This document shows positions 1 to 9,565 of a DNA stretch of 47,964 nucleotides, one piece after another. Source of the DNA: an uncultured Bacillota bacterium (lineage in GTDB: Bacteria > Bacillota_I > Bacilli_A > RF39 > UBA660); contig CANATJ010000003.1 in NCBI GenBank assembly GCA_947364595.1, positions 1-47,964 of the forward strand, given 5' to 3'. The position numbers and the translations under genes were made by a program. Below the pieces are notes generated by a model. That model had not been told where the DNA came from and made no database searches. It worked only from the letters and a program-made list of their open reading frames with translations. The first letter of the stretch is position 1; each line of letters starts with the position of its first letter.

Positions 1-636
1 CAAAAAATTGCTATAGTAGGACCAACTGGTGCTGGAAAAACAACAATTGTTAACTTATTAATGAAATTCTATGAATTAAATTCAGGAGATATAAAAATAG
101 ATGGAATATCTACTAAGGAATTAACAAGAGAAAATATTCATTCACTATTTACAATGGTGCTTCAAGATACTTGGCTTTTTGAAGGAACTTTAAAGGAAAA
201 CATCATTTATAATCGCTTAAATATTAAAGATGAGCAAATAAAAAATGTTTGTGATACAGTTGGACTTACACACTTCATTAAAACTCTTCCACATGGATTA
301 GATTCTAAAATTTCTGAGAATGATAGTGTATCAGCAGGGCAAAGACAATTGTTAACAATAGCCCGTGGTATGATTGAAGATGCGCCATTTTTAATCTTAG
401 ATGAGGCAACATCTAATGTAGATACAAGAACAGAAGAATTAGTCCAAAAAGCCATGGATAAACTAACAGAGGGTAGAACATCATTTATTATTGCTCATAG
501 ATTATCTACAATTAAAAACGCTGATTTAATTCTTGTTTTAAATGAAGGTAATATTATCGAACAAGGAACTCATGATGAATTAATGAAAAAAGACGGCTTC
601 TATGCTGAATTATATAATTCACAATTTGAATTATAA
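1..636 (+). CDS. ABC exporter ATP-binding/permease protein (MdlB-like), C-terminal part; 5' end is outside the window
   Basis: Frame open from base 1: Walker A GPTGAGKT, Q-loop MVLQD, signature VSAGQRQ, Walker B LILDEATS, H-loop IIAHRLST. Confidence 0.93.
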   Translation, partial: QKIAIVGPTGAGKTTIVNLLMKFYELNSGDIKIDGISTKELTRENIHSLFTMVLQDTWLFEGTLKENIIYNRLNIKDEQIKNVCDTVGLTHFIKTLPHGLDSKISENDSVSAGQRQLLTIARGMIEDAPFLILDEATSNVDTRTEELVQKAMDKLTEGRTSFIIAHRLSTIKNADLILVLNEGNIIEQGTHDELMKKDGFYAELYNSQFEL

Positions 637-658
637 AAATGAAAAGGAAGGTATAATA

Positions 659-1267
659 ATGAGAATATTTATAAAAGTAATTGTAAATTTAGTAACTTCT
701 TTGAGACTAATATTTTCTGTATTTTTGCTGTTTTTGTTATCAAAAATTTCAAATACTTCCTTTTTAATAATTACAATAATTATGTTCTTGACAGATTGGA
801 TAGATGGATATTTAGCTAGAAAGTTTAAAGTACAAACGCTTTTTGGGAGTGCTTTAGATACTATAGCGGATAAAGTTTTTTGTATAATATTAATTATTCC
901 GCTTTTAAATAAAATAGATTATTTTGTTTTAATCTTAATTGGAGAAATTTTTATTGCGACTATAAATATAATTGCATATTTTGAAGGGAAACAAACAAAA
1001 GCTCATATTATTGGTAAAGCAAAAATGTGGGTTTTATCAATAACTATAATTCTTGGATATACATATTTATTTAATTATATAAGCTTACCACTTATAATAA
1101 TAAGCCTTATAATAACCTTTGTATTGCAATTATTAACTTTTATAACTTATATTGATTATTTAAAAAAACAGGTACCACATAAAGAAAAATATAGTAAAAT
1201 TAAAACATTTGGTGATATATTTTATAGACTATTTAGTACTAGTTATTATTTAAATAAAAAGGCATAG
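659..1267 (+). CDS. CDP-alcohol phosphatidyltransferase family protein (PgsA-like)
   Basis: Motif DWIDGYLAR...GSALDTIADK matches DxxDGxxAR-GxxxDxxxD; several TM segments; ATG 659 follows SD-like AAGGAAGG. Confidence 0.85.
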   Translation: MRIFIKVIVNLVTSLRLIFSVFLLFLLSKISNTSFLIITIIMFLTDWIDGYLARKFKVQTLFGSALDTIADKVFCIILIIPLLNKIDYFVLILIGEIFIATINIIAYFEGKQTKAHIIGKAKMWVLSITIILGYTYLFNYISLPLIIISLIITFVLQLLTFITYIDYLKKQVPHKEKYSKIKTFGDIFYRLFSTSYYLNKKA

Positions 1268-1274
1268 ACATAAG

Positions 1275-1303
1275 TTGACATATTTTTTAGAAAAAGTTAT
1301 AAT
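1275..1303 (+). promoter_or_regulatory. Consensus sigma-A promoter
   Basis: TTGACA (1275-1280), 17 bp spacer, TATAAT (1298-1303). Confidence 0.85.
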
Positions 1304-1331
1304 AATGCATGTGTGTCAGGGAGTGAAAAGT

Positions 1332-1730
1332 ATGAAAAAAACAAGCATCGAATATATGAAAAACGCTGTATTAGCTTTTAAAAAATATACATCAAATTCC
1401 GAAAATATAGATTATAAATTAGTAAATAATATATATAATTATATAGAAAATATTAAAAATCTTAAAAAAAGTGAATATGAAGAACTTGATAACTTTATAA
1501 AATCTATGCTTTATAAAGAAGATAGAATTCATATAGCAAATATTTTGCTAGAAAAAAAAGATAAAAATACACTAAAAAAACAACTTAATTATATGAGACC
1601 ATTTCAAATAGTTAAAAAAAGTCCAAAAATAAGACATATTGTTGCAAAATCAAATGAGTTAACTAAACCTTTAACAATTGAAAAACCAATTAAATTTTCT
1701 AAAAAGGTTTTAGTAAAAAAAGTTGCGTAA
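1332..1730 (+). CDS. Hypothetical basic protein (132 aa)
   Basis: ATG 1332 after AGGGAG; has its own promoter and terminator; no recognisable family. Confidence 0.7.
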   Translation: MKKTSIEYMKNAVLAFKKYTSNSENIDYKLVNNIYNYIENIKNLKKSEYEELDNFIKSMLYKEDRIHIANILLEKKDKNTLKKQLNYMRPFQIVKKSPKIRHIVAKSNELTKPLTIEKPIKFSKKVLVKKVA

Positions 1731-1732
1731 TT

Positions 1733-1759
1733 AAAATCTATCAATTTGATAGATTTTTT
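1733..1759 (+). terminator. Intrinsic terminator
   Basis: AAAATCTATC-aattt-GATAGATTTT followed by a T tract. Confidence 0.75.
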
Positions 1760-1839
1760 CTTTATAAGTTAATTGTAAAACGTAATAATAAATGATATAA
1801 TTATTAAGAAAAAAATATAATTATATGGGAGGCAAAAAT

Positions 1840-2640
1840 ATGTTAATAATTTATATAATTTTAGGAATAATTCAAGGATTTACTGAACCAATACCAGTAT
1901 CATCAAGTGGACATTTAGTAATATTTAAAAATTTATTTCAATTAGACGAACTAAATGATTTAAATTTTGAAATTTTTACAAATTTTGGTAGTTTTTTGGC
2001 TATAGCGTTTATCTTTAGAAAAGATTTAGCAAAACTTATAAAAGGATTTTTTGGCTATATAAAAACTAAAAATAAAGAGTATAAAGAGGATTTTAAATAT
2101 TGTTTATTAGTAATAGTTGGTTCAATCCCAGCAGGAATTATTGGGTTACTTACAAAAGATTTAATTGAAAAATATTTGGGAAATGTTAAATATGTTGGGC
2201 TTGCTTTATTAATAACTGCTTTATTTTTATTTATAATTAGAAAAATGAAAGGTAAAAAGGAAGCCAATGATATGACTTACATGGACTCTTTAAAAATTGG
2301 TCTTTTCCAAGTGGTAGCACTATTTCCAGGAATAAGCCGTAGTGGTGCTACATTAGTAGGTGGGATGTTTTCTGGTTTGAAAAGAGAGACTGCTTTTAAA
2401 TTTTCATTTATGCTTTATATGCCAATTAGTTTAGCTACTTTAGCTTTAGGTGTAAAAGATACTGTTGAAACAGGAATAGATTCAACTATGTTGTTTTATT
2501 ATATATTAGGATCTTTAGCCGCAATGATTGTAACATTTTTCTCAACCAAGTGGTTTAAAGATATAATGATGAAAGGTAAATTAATATATTTTGTATACTA
2601 TTGTCTTGTAGTTGGAACTTTAGTATTACTATTCTTATAA
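1840..2640 (+). CDS. uppP: Undecaprenyl-diphosphate phosphatase (BacA/UppP)
   Basis: GIIQGFTEPIPVSSSGH and PGISRSGAT signature motifs; ATG 1840 after GGGAGG. Confidence 0.95.
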   Translation: MLIIYIILGIIQGFTEPIPVSSSGHLVIFKNLFQLDELNDLNFEIFTNFGSFLAIAFIFRKDLAKLIKGFFGYIKTKNKEYKEDFKYCLLVIVGSIPAGIIGLLTKDLIEKYLGNVKYVGLALLITALFLFIIRKMKGKKEANDMTYMDSLKIGLFQVVALFPGISRSGATLVGGMFSGLKRETAFKFSFMLYMPISLATLALGVKDTVETGIDSTMLFYYILGSLAAMIVTFFSTKWFKDIMMKGKLIYFVYYCLVVGTLVLLFL

Positions 2641-2662
2641 AGATTGATTTTCAATCTTTTTT
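2639..2662 (+). terminator. Intrinsic terminator
   Basis: AAAGATTGA-ttt-TCAATCTTT followed by a T tract. Confidence 0.65.
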
Positions 2663-2689
2663 CTTTTATAATAATAGTAGGTGAAGAAA

Positions 2690-3613
2690 ATGGTATATTT
2701 ATTATATGGGACCAAAGAATTTCAAATAAATGAAGAAATAAAAAAGATATCTAAAAATATTCAAGAAATCAACATTAGTAAATATGATTTAGAAAATGAT
2801 TTGCTAAGTACTGTGATTGAGGATTGTGAAACATATTCACTTTTTAATGAAAAAAAGGTAGTAATTGTAAATAATGCTAATATATTTACATCATCTACAA
2901 GTAAAGACAGTGAAATAATAGAAAAATATTTAAACCATATAAATGAAAATACTATTTTAATATTAACGGTAATAAACGATAAAATAGATGAAAGAAAAAA
3001 AATAACAAAACTGGTTAAAAAAAATGGAATAGTAAAGTGTTTTAATGATCAATTAGATATTCATAGTTTAATTAGGAATTTGCTAAAAGATTATAAAATA
3101 GATTATAATTCAATCAATACATTAATAGATAGAGTAGGAAGTAATCCATTAATAATCCAAAATGAAATAAATAAAATAAAAATTTATAAAGGTGAAGATA
3201 AAAATATAACTGAAGAGGATATATTAAATTTAACTACTAAAATAATTGAAATTGATATTTTTAAATTAATAGACTATATTGTCAAAGGAAATAAAGAAAA
3301 AGCATTAGAAATGTATTATGAAATGCTTAAAATGAATGAAGAACCTTTAAAAATAATTATTATGTTGGCGAATCAATTTAGAATAATGTATCAATCAAAA
3401 GAATTATTAAAAAAAGGTTATACTGAAAAGGATATTGCTGGAATTTTGAAAATTCATCCATATAGAGTAAAATTAGCTATTCAAAATAGTAGATTATATA
3501 ATTCTAGTGTTTTGCTAAAAAAATTAGATGAATTAGCTGATATAGATATGGGTATAAAAACGGGCAGTATAAACAAAAATCTTTCTTTAGAACTATTTAT
3601 ACTAAACACATAA
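2690..3613 (+). CDS. holA: DNA polymerase III delta subunit
   Basis: N-terminal VYLLYG, SLF..KKVVIV, IFKLID, HPYRVK, D..IKTG; about 307 aa; alternative GTG start at 2681. Confidence 0.92.
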   Translation: MVYLLYGTKEFQINEEIKKISKNIQEINISKYDLENDLLSTVIEDCETYSLFNEKKVVIVNNANIFTSSTSKDSEIIEKYLNHINENTILILTVINDKIDERKKITKLVKKNGIVKCFNDQLDIHSLIRNLLKDYKIDYNSINTLIDRVGSNPLIIQNEINKIKIYKGEDKNITEEDILNLTTKIIEIDIFKLIDYIVKGNKEKALEMYYEMLKMNEEPLKIIIMLANQFRIMYQSKELLKKGYTEKDIAGILKIHPYRVKLAIQNSRLYNSSVLLKKLDELADIDMGIKTGSINKNLSLELFILNT

Positions 3614-3638
3614 AAACAAGCTAAATTTAGCTTGTTTT
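3613..3638. terminator. Bidirectional terminator between convergent holA and rarA
   Basis: Perfect 26-bp palindrome AAAACAAGCTAAA/TTTAGCTTGTTTT. Confidence 0.75.
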
Positions 3639-4832
3639 ATTATTGATTTTATCATATATGTTTTTTAGATTAATTTCATATTTACTTGTAAGTTTAGGAA
3701 AATAATATTTTTTATCTTTAATTTCATCGGGTAAGTATTGTTGCTTAACATAACTACCTTTAAAATTATGCGGATATTTATAATCTTTTGAATTTGTTTT
3801 TAAATGGTTAGGAACTTTTCCAACATTACCCATTTGAATATCGTTGATGGCATTATTAATAGCCATATAGGCACTATTTGATTTCGGAGATAAGGCCATT
3901 TCAACGACGATTTCTCCTAAAGGTATTCGAGCTTCTGGAAGCCCTAATCTTTCACAAGCTCTTATGCAAGCATCTAATCTAGGACCAATTGCTGGGTTAG
4001 CAAGGCCAATATCTTCATAAGCAATTACTGATAAACGTCTAAAAATAATATCCAAATCCTCTGCTACAATTAATCTGGCTAAATAATGCAAAGCAGCGTT
4101 AACATCACTGCCTCTAATTGATTTTTGCAAAGCACTGATAACATCATAATATCCGTCATCATTTTTATCTATATATAAACTAGGTTTGCTATTTATCTTT
4201 TTTAATACATCTATATTTATTTTAAAATCAGATGAAGAGTAATACGCTACTTCTAATAAATTATAAGCGTATCTTAAATCACCATTAGCTAAATAGGCAA
4301 TATAATTCATTGATTCTTGATCAATATTAATGTTTTTTAAAAAACTTTTAGACTTTTCTAAGGCACTTACTATATCTTCATTAGACAAGGGTTTTAATTC
4401 GAAAAGTTGACATCTACTTCTTATTGCTGGATTAATAGAGTGATATGGATTGGCTGTTGTAAGACCAATTAAGGTAATTAAACCATTTTCCAAATAGGGA
4501 AGTAATAAATCTTGTTTATCTTTATTTAAACGATGAATTTCATCCATAATTAAAACAAGCCCATTATTTTCTTTTGCTTTGGCAACTACTTCATCAAAAT
4601 CTTTTTTACAATTAATAACCGCATTTAAAAAACAATGTTCTAAATTAAGTTCATTTATAATGGTATAAGCTAAAGTTGTTTTGCCTGTACCACATGGCCC
4701 ATGTAAAATCATTGAAAACAATTTTTTATTTTTAACTAAGTTACTAAGAACTTGTCCATCACCAATTAAATGTTTTTGACCGACAACGTCTTTAAGTAAA
4801 TTAGGCCTTACCATATCTGCAAGTGGTCTCAT
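3627..4832 (-). CDS. rarA: Replication-associated recombination protein A (RarA/MgsA AAA+ ATPase)
   Basis: PLADMVRP..L..VVGQ.HL, Walker A GPCGTGKT, DEIHR, ISALQKSIRGSD, YEDIGLANP, QQYLPD. Confidence 0.95.
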   Translation of the reverse strand: MRPLADMVRPNLLKDVVGQKHLIGDGQVLSNLVKNKKLFSMILHGPCGTGKTTLAYTIINELNLEHCFLNAVINCKKDFDEVVAKAKENNGLVLIMDEIHRLNKDKQDLLLPYLENGLITLIGLTTANPYHSINPAIRSRCQLFELKPLSNEDIVSALEKSKSFLKNINIDQESMNYIAYLANGDLRYAYNLLEVAYYSSSDFKINIDVLKKINSKPSLYIDKNDDGYYDVISALQKSIRGSDVNAALHYLARLIVAEDLDIIFRRLSVIAYEDIGLANPAIGPRLDACIRACERLGLPEARIPLGEIVVEMALSPKSNSAYMAINNAINDIQMGNVGKVPNHLKTNSKDYKYPHNFKGSYVKQQYLPDEIKDKKYYFPKLTSKYEINLKNIYDKINNKTS

Positions 4833-4926
4833 TAAGCATCACCATAATAATTATATCATTTTAATAACTATTAATAAAGCTTTATTAAATAAAGGTTTTT
4901 TGATAAAATAAAAATAGGTGAGATTA

Positions 4927-5814
4927 ATGAATGAAGTAAATTACATAGAAGAATTTATCAATTATTTGTTATTTGAAAAAAAGTATAGTTCAAATACGAT
5001 AAATTCATATAAAGAAGATTTATTAAAATTTCAAAACTATTGTGATAATAATAAAATAAAAATATGCAAAGCGGATAAAAATGATATTCAAAATTATATT
5101 CAAACACTTGGGAAAGCAATGAATATGAATAGTGTTTCTAGAAATATTAGTACACTTAAGAGCTTCTATAAATTTTTAATGTTAAATAAAAATGTTACTA
5201 AAAATCCATTAACAAGTATAAAAAATCCTAAAATTAAAAAAGCATTACCTAAAGTTTTAAGCGAAGAAGAAATTAATACACTTTTAGATATAAATTTAAA
5301 TAATGATTTTGATTATCGTAATAAGGCTATGTTAGAGCTTATGTATAGTAGTGGACTGCGTGTTAGTGAACTTATAAATTTAAAAGTAAATGATGTTGAT
5401 TTAGACGATTCTGTAGTTAGAATATTTGGGAAGGGTTCAAAGGAAAGAATAGTCCCTTTAAGCCAATATGCAGTTGAAGCTTTAGATGATTATATAAATT
5501 TTTATAGAGGCAAACTTTTTAAACATGGACAAAATGACTTTTTATTTTTAAATAATCATGGACTTCCTATGACAAGACAAGGATTTTTTAAAATAATAAA
5601 AAAATTAGCTAAAGAAAAAGAAATTAAAACAGACTTTTCACCTCATACTTTAAGACATTCATTTGCTACTCATCTTTTAAAAAATGGAGCAGATTTAAGA
5701 AGCATTCAAGAGTTATTGGGGCATAGTGATGTTTCTTCAACGCAAATATATACTCATATTACAAACGAAAGGCTTCAAAATAATTATATAGAATTTCATC
5801 CTCATGGAAAGTAG
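4927..5814 (+). CDS. xerD: Site-specific tyrosine recombinase XerD (RipX-like)
   Basis: Catalytic motifs GLRVSEL, GKGSKER, SPHTLRHSFATHLL, LLGHS, TQIYTH; MTRQGF is typical of XerD; alternative GTG start at 4918. Confidence 0.88.
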   Translation: MNEVNYIEEFINYLLFEKKYSSNTINSYKEDLLKFQNYCDNNKIKICKADKNDIQNYIQTLGKAMNMNSVSRNISTLKSFYKFLMLNKNVTKNPLTSIKNPKIKKALPKVLSEEEINTLLDINLNNDFDYRNKAMLELMYSSGLRVSELINLKVNDVDLDDSVVRIFGKGSKERIVPLSQYAVEALDDYINFYRGKLFKHGQNDFLFLNNHGLPMTRQGFFKIIKKLAKEKEIKTDFSPHTLRHSFATHLLKNGADLRSIQELLGHSDVSSTQIYTHITNERLQNNYIEFHPHGK

Positions 5815-5822
5815 GCGAAAAT

Positions 5823-6527
5823 ATGAATTTTCAGGACATAAAATGGACTAAAAAAAATTATAATGAATTTTTAATTTTTTTAAAACAAAACGCTGATTTG
5901 AAATATAAAAGTTTTCATCAAAAATTGTTAAAAAATGAAAATTGTAAATTAATAGGTATTAGAACTCCACTACTAAAAGATATTTCAAAACAAATAAGTA
6001 GGGGAGATTATCAATCTTTTATAAAATATAATTGTCATAGTTTTTATGAAGAAAAAATTATTCATGGTTTGATTTTAGGATATATTAAAAATGATAATAT
6101 TTTAACACTAATTGATGATTTTATTCCATATATTGATAATTGGGCCATTAATGATATAGTATGTGCTAATCTTAAATTTTTTAAAAAAATAGATATAAAT
6201 TATTTAAAAAAATATATTAGTTCATCAAATCCTTGGGAAATAAGATTTGGCTTAGTTTTATTGTTAAATTATTATATATATGAAGATAACTTACCTTTTA
6301 TTTTTAATATTTGTGACAATATTAAAAATGATTATTATTATGTTCAAATGGCTATTGCATGGTTAATATCAATATGCTATATAAAATATCCTAATATAAC
6401 AATAAAATATATAAAACAAAACAATTTAAATAAATTTACTTTTAATAAAACTATTAGTAAAATTTGTGATTCTTATCGCGTATCTAAGCAAGATAAGCAA
6501 ATGCTTAAAAATTTAAAAGTAAAGTAG
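5823..6527 (+). other. DNA alkylation repair protein (AlkD-like)
   Basis: GIRTP.L, IDNWAIND, YYVQMAIAWLIS motifs. Confidence 0.85.
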
Positions 6528-6579
6528 ATATTTTATAAAATAAATGTTATAATTAGAATCATTGGAAAGGAAGAATATT

Positions 6580-7407
6580 ATGTTAGATATATTTTTAGAT
6601 GCAGTTATTGATACATTAAAATTAATTCCATTTTTATTTATAGCATTTTTAATAATAGAATTTACTGAACATAAATTAAATAATAAAAAAATAGTAAGTA
6701 AATCTGGAAGGCTTGGACCAATAATAGGAAGTTTATTAGGCATATTTCCTCAATGTGGGTTTTCTGTTTTAGCGACTAATTTATATATAACTAGAATCAT
6801 TAGTTTAGGTACATTAATTGCGGTATATTTATCAACTAGTGATGAAATGCTTCCGATTATGATTGCTCAAAAGGCAGATATAAAGGATATTTTATGTTTG
6901 TTATTAATTAAATTTATAGTTGGTATAGTATTTGGATTTATAATTGATTTATTGATTACAAAAAGGGATAAAGTTAATTATGAAATTTGTAAACATGATC
7001 ATTGTGATTGTAATCATAGTTTTATTAATTCTGCAATTAAACATACATTTAAAACATCGCTATTTATTTTTGCTTTTACATTGTTTATAAATTTTATTTT
7101 TTCTTATGGCGGTGAAGGATATTTAAAACATATTTTTTCAAAAAATAATTGGTTTACGCCATTTATTAGTGGACTTATTGGTTTAATACCAAATTGTGGC
7201 TCTAGCATTTTAATAACAGAGTTATATTTAAATAATCTTCTTCCTTTAGGCCCTACAATATCTGGTCTATTAACAGGTAGCGGCGTAGCTCTTTTAGTAT
7301 TATTTAAATCAAATCCTAATTTAAAGGAAAATATAAAAATCATTACTATTTTATATGGTATTGGTGTGTTTGTAGGAATATTATTTGAAATTTTTAAAAT
7401 AGTATAA
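6580..7407 (+). CDS. Putative metal/arsenic permease (DUF2899/ArsP-like, putative Mn transporter)
   Basis: Duplicated PQCG / IPNCG motifs, LSTSDE, central His/Cys loop CKHDHCDCNH, multiple TMs. Confidence 0.75.
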   Translation: MLDIFLDAVIDTLKLIPFLFIAFLIIEFTEHKLNNKKIVSKSGRLGPIIGSLLGIFPQCGFSVLATNLYITRIISLGTLIAVYLSTSDEMLPIMIAQKADIKDILCLLLIKFIVGIVFGFIIDLLITKRDKVNYEICKHDHCDCNHSFINSAIKHTFKTSLFIFAFTLFINFIFSYGGEGYLKHIFSKNNWFTPFISGLIGLIPNCGSSILITELYLNNLLPLGPTISGLLTGSGVALLVLFKSNPNLKENIKIITILYGIGVFVGILFEIFKIV

Positions 7408-7431
7408 AGTATAATAGTGCTAGTATATAAT

Positions 7432-7465
7432 AAAAACGTTAATTAAATTATAAATTAACGTTTTT
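7432..7465. terminator. Bidirectional terminator
   Basis: AAAAACGTTAATT...AATTAACGTTTTT between convergent genes. Confidence 0.75.
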
Positions 7466-7481
7466 TAATTTTCCTAAAAAC

Positions 7482-7817
7482 TTATATATGGGATGTTTTT
7501 TTTCTTAGTATTTCATTTTTCCATTCTATTTCTAGGGTGCCAAAATAATAAGATAATCTTTCTGCATAATTTTTATTAACTGATTCACTTTTTAAATAAA
7601 TATCAAAAAAACCAGTAATTTCTAAAGAAATAAACTCTAATTCGCTTGCCAAGATGGTTGTTAGAGTATTTTTCGTTTTATAATCATTAAACCAAGCTTG
7701 TATCTTTTTTTTAATCTCTATCATTGATTTTTTTTGAACATAAAAATCTGTTTCTAAAATCAAATCAATAATATTTATAATATTTTTAAATAAACATTCA
7801 ATTTGGTCGTTTTTCAT
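7482..7817 (-). CDS. Hypothetical protein (111 aa)
   Basis: ORF with SD GAAAGGGA; fills the gap between neighbours; ends at the terminator. Confidence 0.7.
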   Translation of the reverse strand: MKNDQIECLFKNIINIIDLILETDFYVQKKSMIEIKKKIQAWFNDYKTKNTLTTILASELEFISLEITGFFDIYLKSESVNKNYAERLSYYFGTLEIEWKNEILRKKTSHI

Positions 7818-7935
7818 AAAAATCCCTTTCTAGACGTTATTATATAATAAATTTATTTAAAGTACAACATATCTTTTTTGTTTATATTTACATACTTTTT
7901 TTTAATATACATATAAATTTAAATAGGTGAAGAAT

Positions 7936-8676
7936 ATGAAAATAGCTTTCTTATTAACCTTTATAGCAGGCTTATCTACAATGCTTGGAAGTATATTTAT
8001 ATTTTTTAAAGATCGCAAAAATATTATTTTAAAGTATTCACTATCTTTTGCTTCAGGAGTAATGATATGTGTTTCAATAATTGATTTAATACCAGAGTCC
8101 CTTAAATTATTATCTAAAGCAAATAGGGAAGAGGCGTTTATTAAATCATTTATTTTTATTCTAATTGGTATGTTTATTTCATTTTTAATAGATAAATGTA
8201 TTCCAGAATTTGATGATAAAAAAGAAGGAAAATTATTTAAAGTAGGAATTTTTTCAATGATTGCAATAATTCTTCATAATATTCCAGAGGGGATTGCGAC
8301 ATTTTTATCATCGGCTACAAATTTAAAATTAGGAATAGCGATTACAACGGCTATAACACTTCATAATATTCCAGAGGGTATTAGTATATCTGTACCAATT
8401 TATAAAGCCTCTAATAGCCGTAAAAAAGCTTTATTATACACATTTGTTTCGGGTATGTCAGAACCATTTGGAGCTATTATTGCATTTTTATTTTTAGCAC
8501 CATTTATAAATGATGATATTATGGGTATTTTACTATCCTTAATAGCCGGACTTATGATACATATTGGATCAATTAAGTTATTACCAACTGCATTAAAATA
8601 TAAAGAAAAAAAGAAAACATTTATTTTCTTTATTATTGGTATATTATTTATGTATTTAAGTCATGTGTTAATGTAA
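7936..8676 (+). CDS. zupT: ZIP family zinc transporter ZupT
   Basis: Two HNIPEG motifs, SGMSEPFGA, AGLSTMLG; alternative GTG start at 7927. Confidence 0.9.
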   Translation: MKIAFLLTFIAGLSTMLGSIFIFFKDRKNIILKYSLSFASGVMICVSIIDLIPESLKLLSKANREEAFIKSFIFILIGMFISFLIDKCIPEFDDKKEGKLFKVGIFSMIAIILHNIPEGIATFLSSATNLKLGIAITTAITLHNIPEGISISVPIYKASNSRKKALLYTFVSGMSEPFGAIIAFLFLAPFINDDIMGILLSLIAGLMIHIGSIKLLPTALKYKEKKKTFIFFIIGILFMYLSHVLM

Positions 8677-8744
8677 AAATAGATAAATATATTATTAACT
8701 TAAAAATTTATTTAAATGCCACAAAGCATATATACATATAAAGC

Positions 8745-9140
8745 CTAAACATCCAACCCTATCCAAGATCCTATTTTACTAAAATCAAAATTGTTTAACA
8801 GTGCATAACAAGAAATTAAAATAGAAATTATTGATAGTGTAAAAGGAACTAATTGAAATTTGTACTTTACTTCTTCTTTAAAAACATTTTGTAAAGTTAA
8901 ATAATCTGAATAGGTGAGTGATATAACTTTAGATTTGATTTTTTTGTTTTTAAGGGATGATAATATTCTTTTAATTATAATAATATTTTCATCTATATTA
9001 TTGTTCATTTTTTTAGCAACTTCTTCAATGTTAACTTTTTCATCATTGCTTCGCAGATAAAAATAACATAACCAAGAACATGCCACATTATATTTATTGT
9101 TTTCTTTCCATAAATATTCATTTTCTTTTTTATAATCCAT
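8745..9140 (-). CDS. Hypothetical protein with a C-terminal TM helix
   Basis: 131-aa ORF; hydrophobic VPFTLSIISILISCYALL; no SD; extended -10-like TGtTATAGT 9 nt upstream of the ATG. Confidence 0.55.
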   Translation of the reverse strand: MDYKKENEYLWKENNKYNVACSWLCYFYLRSNDEKVNIEEVAKKMNNNIDENIIIIKRILSSLKNKKIKSKVISLTYSDYLTLQNVFKEEVKYKFQLVPFTLSIISILISCYALLNNFDFSKIGSWIGLDV

Positions 9141-9460
9141 AATAAATTTACTATAACACGTTTTAGAAAAATAATAACCCCCTATTCATATATAAATTTA
9201 AAATAGGGGAATATAGTGGTTAATTTTAAGCCCAAAAACTTTTATTAGATGAATAGTTATTAATCTAAAATTAAATTAGAGCATCATAGAATATCAAATG
9301 TTTTATAAAATTAGTATTGATTAAATTAAAATTTAATATATATTAAAATAATTTTTAAATTCAATCTAAATAATTATATTATAGAATTATAATTAAACAA
9401 TAAGTATTAATTAAGAGAGTAGTAGTTGCAATATAAAAATAAATATCTTTTGTATAATAT

Positions 9461-9489
9461 AAAAACTACCTATAAATAATAGATAGTTT
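9461..9489 (-). terminator. Intrinsic terminator for the HTH gene
   Basis: Minus strand AAACTATCTAT-tattt-ATAGGTAGTTT-TT with one G:U pair. Confidence 0.6.
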
Positions 9490-9506
9490 AAATTTCTATA
9501 ATAAGA

Positions 9507-9534
9507 AGTTAACATAATATATATTATCGGATTT
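9507..9534 (-). other. dif: Chromosome dimer resolution site dif
   Basis: Minus strand AAATCCGATAA TATATA TTATGTTAACT: 11-6-11 layout; right arm matches 10/11 of both E. coli TTATGTTAAAT and B. subtilis TTATGTAAACT; lies at the gene-orientation switch. Confidence 0.85.
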
Positions 9535-9537
9535 TTA

Positions 9538-9565
9538 AGTTAACATAATATATTGTTATTAATTA
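9538..9565 (-). repeat. Second, degenerate dif-like copy (intact XerD arm)
   Basis: AAGTTAACATAATATAT repeated at 9506 and 9537 (31-bp period); minus strand TAATTAATAAC AATATA TTATGTTAACT. Confidence 0.7.

Noticed and set aside
3745-3753. TTAACATAA XerD-arm core inside rarA
   Set aside because: Only 9 bp, inside coding sequence, with non-matching flanks
4927-5814. Tyrosine recombinase as a prophage or ICE integrase
   Set aside because: Size and motifs fit housekeeping XerD; no phage or conjugation genes nearby
7891-7917. SigE-like promoter (CATACT...CATATAAA) upstream of zupT
   Set aside because: Motif has too little information at this base composition
8677-8700. Third dif-like string AAAATAGATAAATATATTATTAACT after zupT
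   Set aside because: Needs about three deletions to align with dif; expected by chance in very AT-rich DNA
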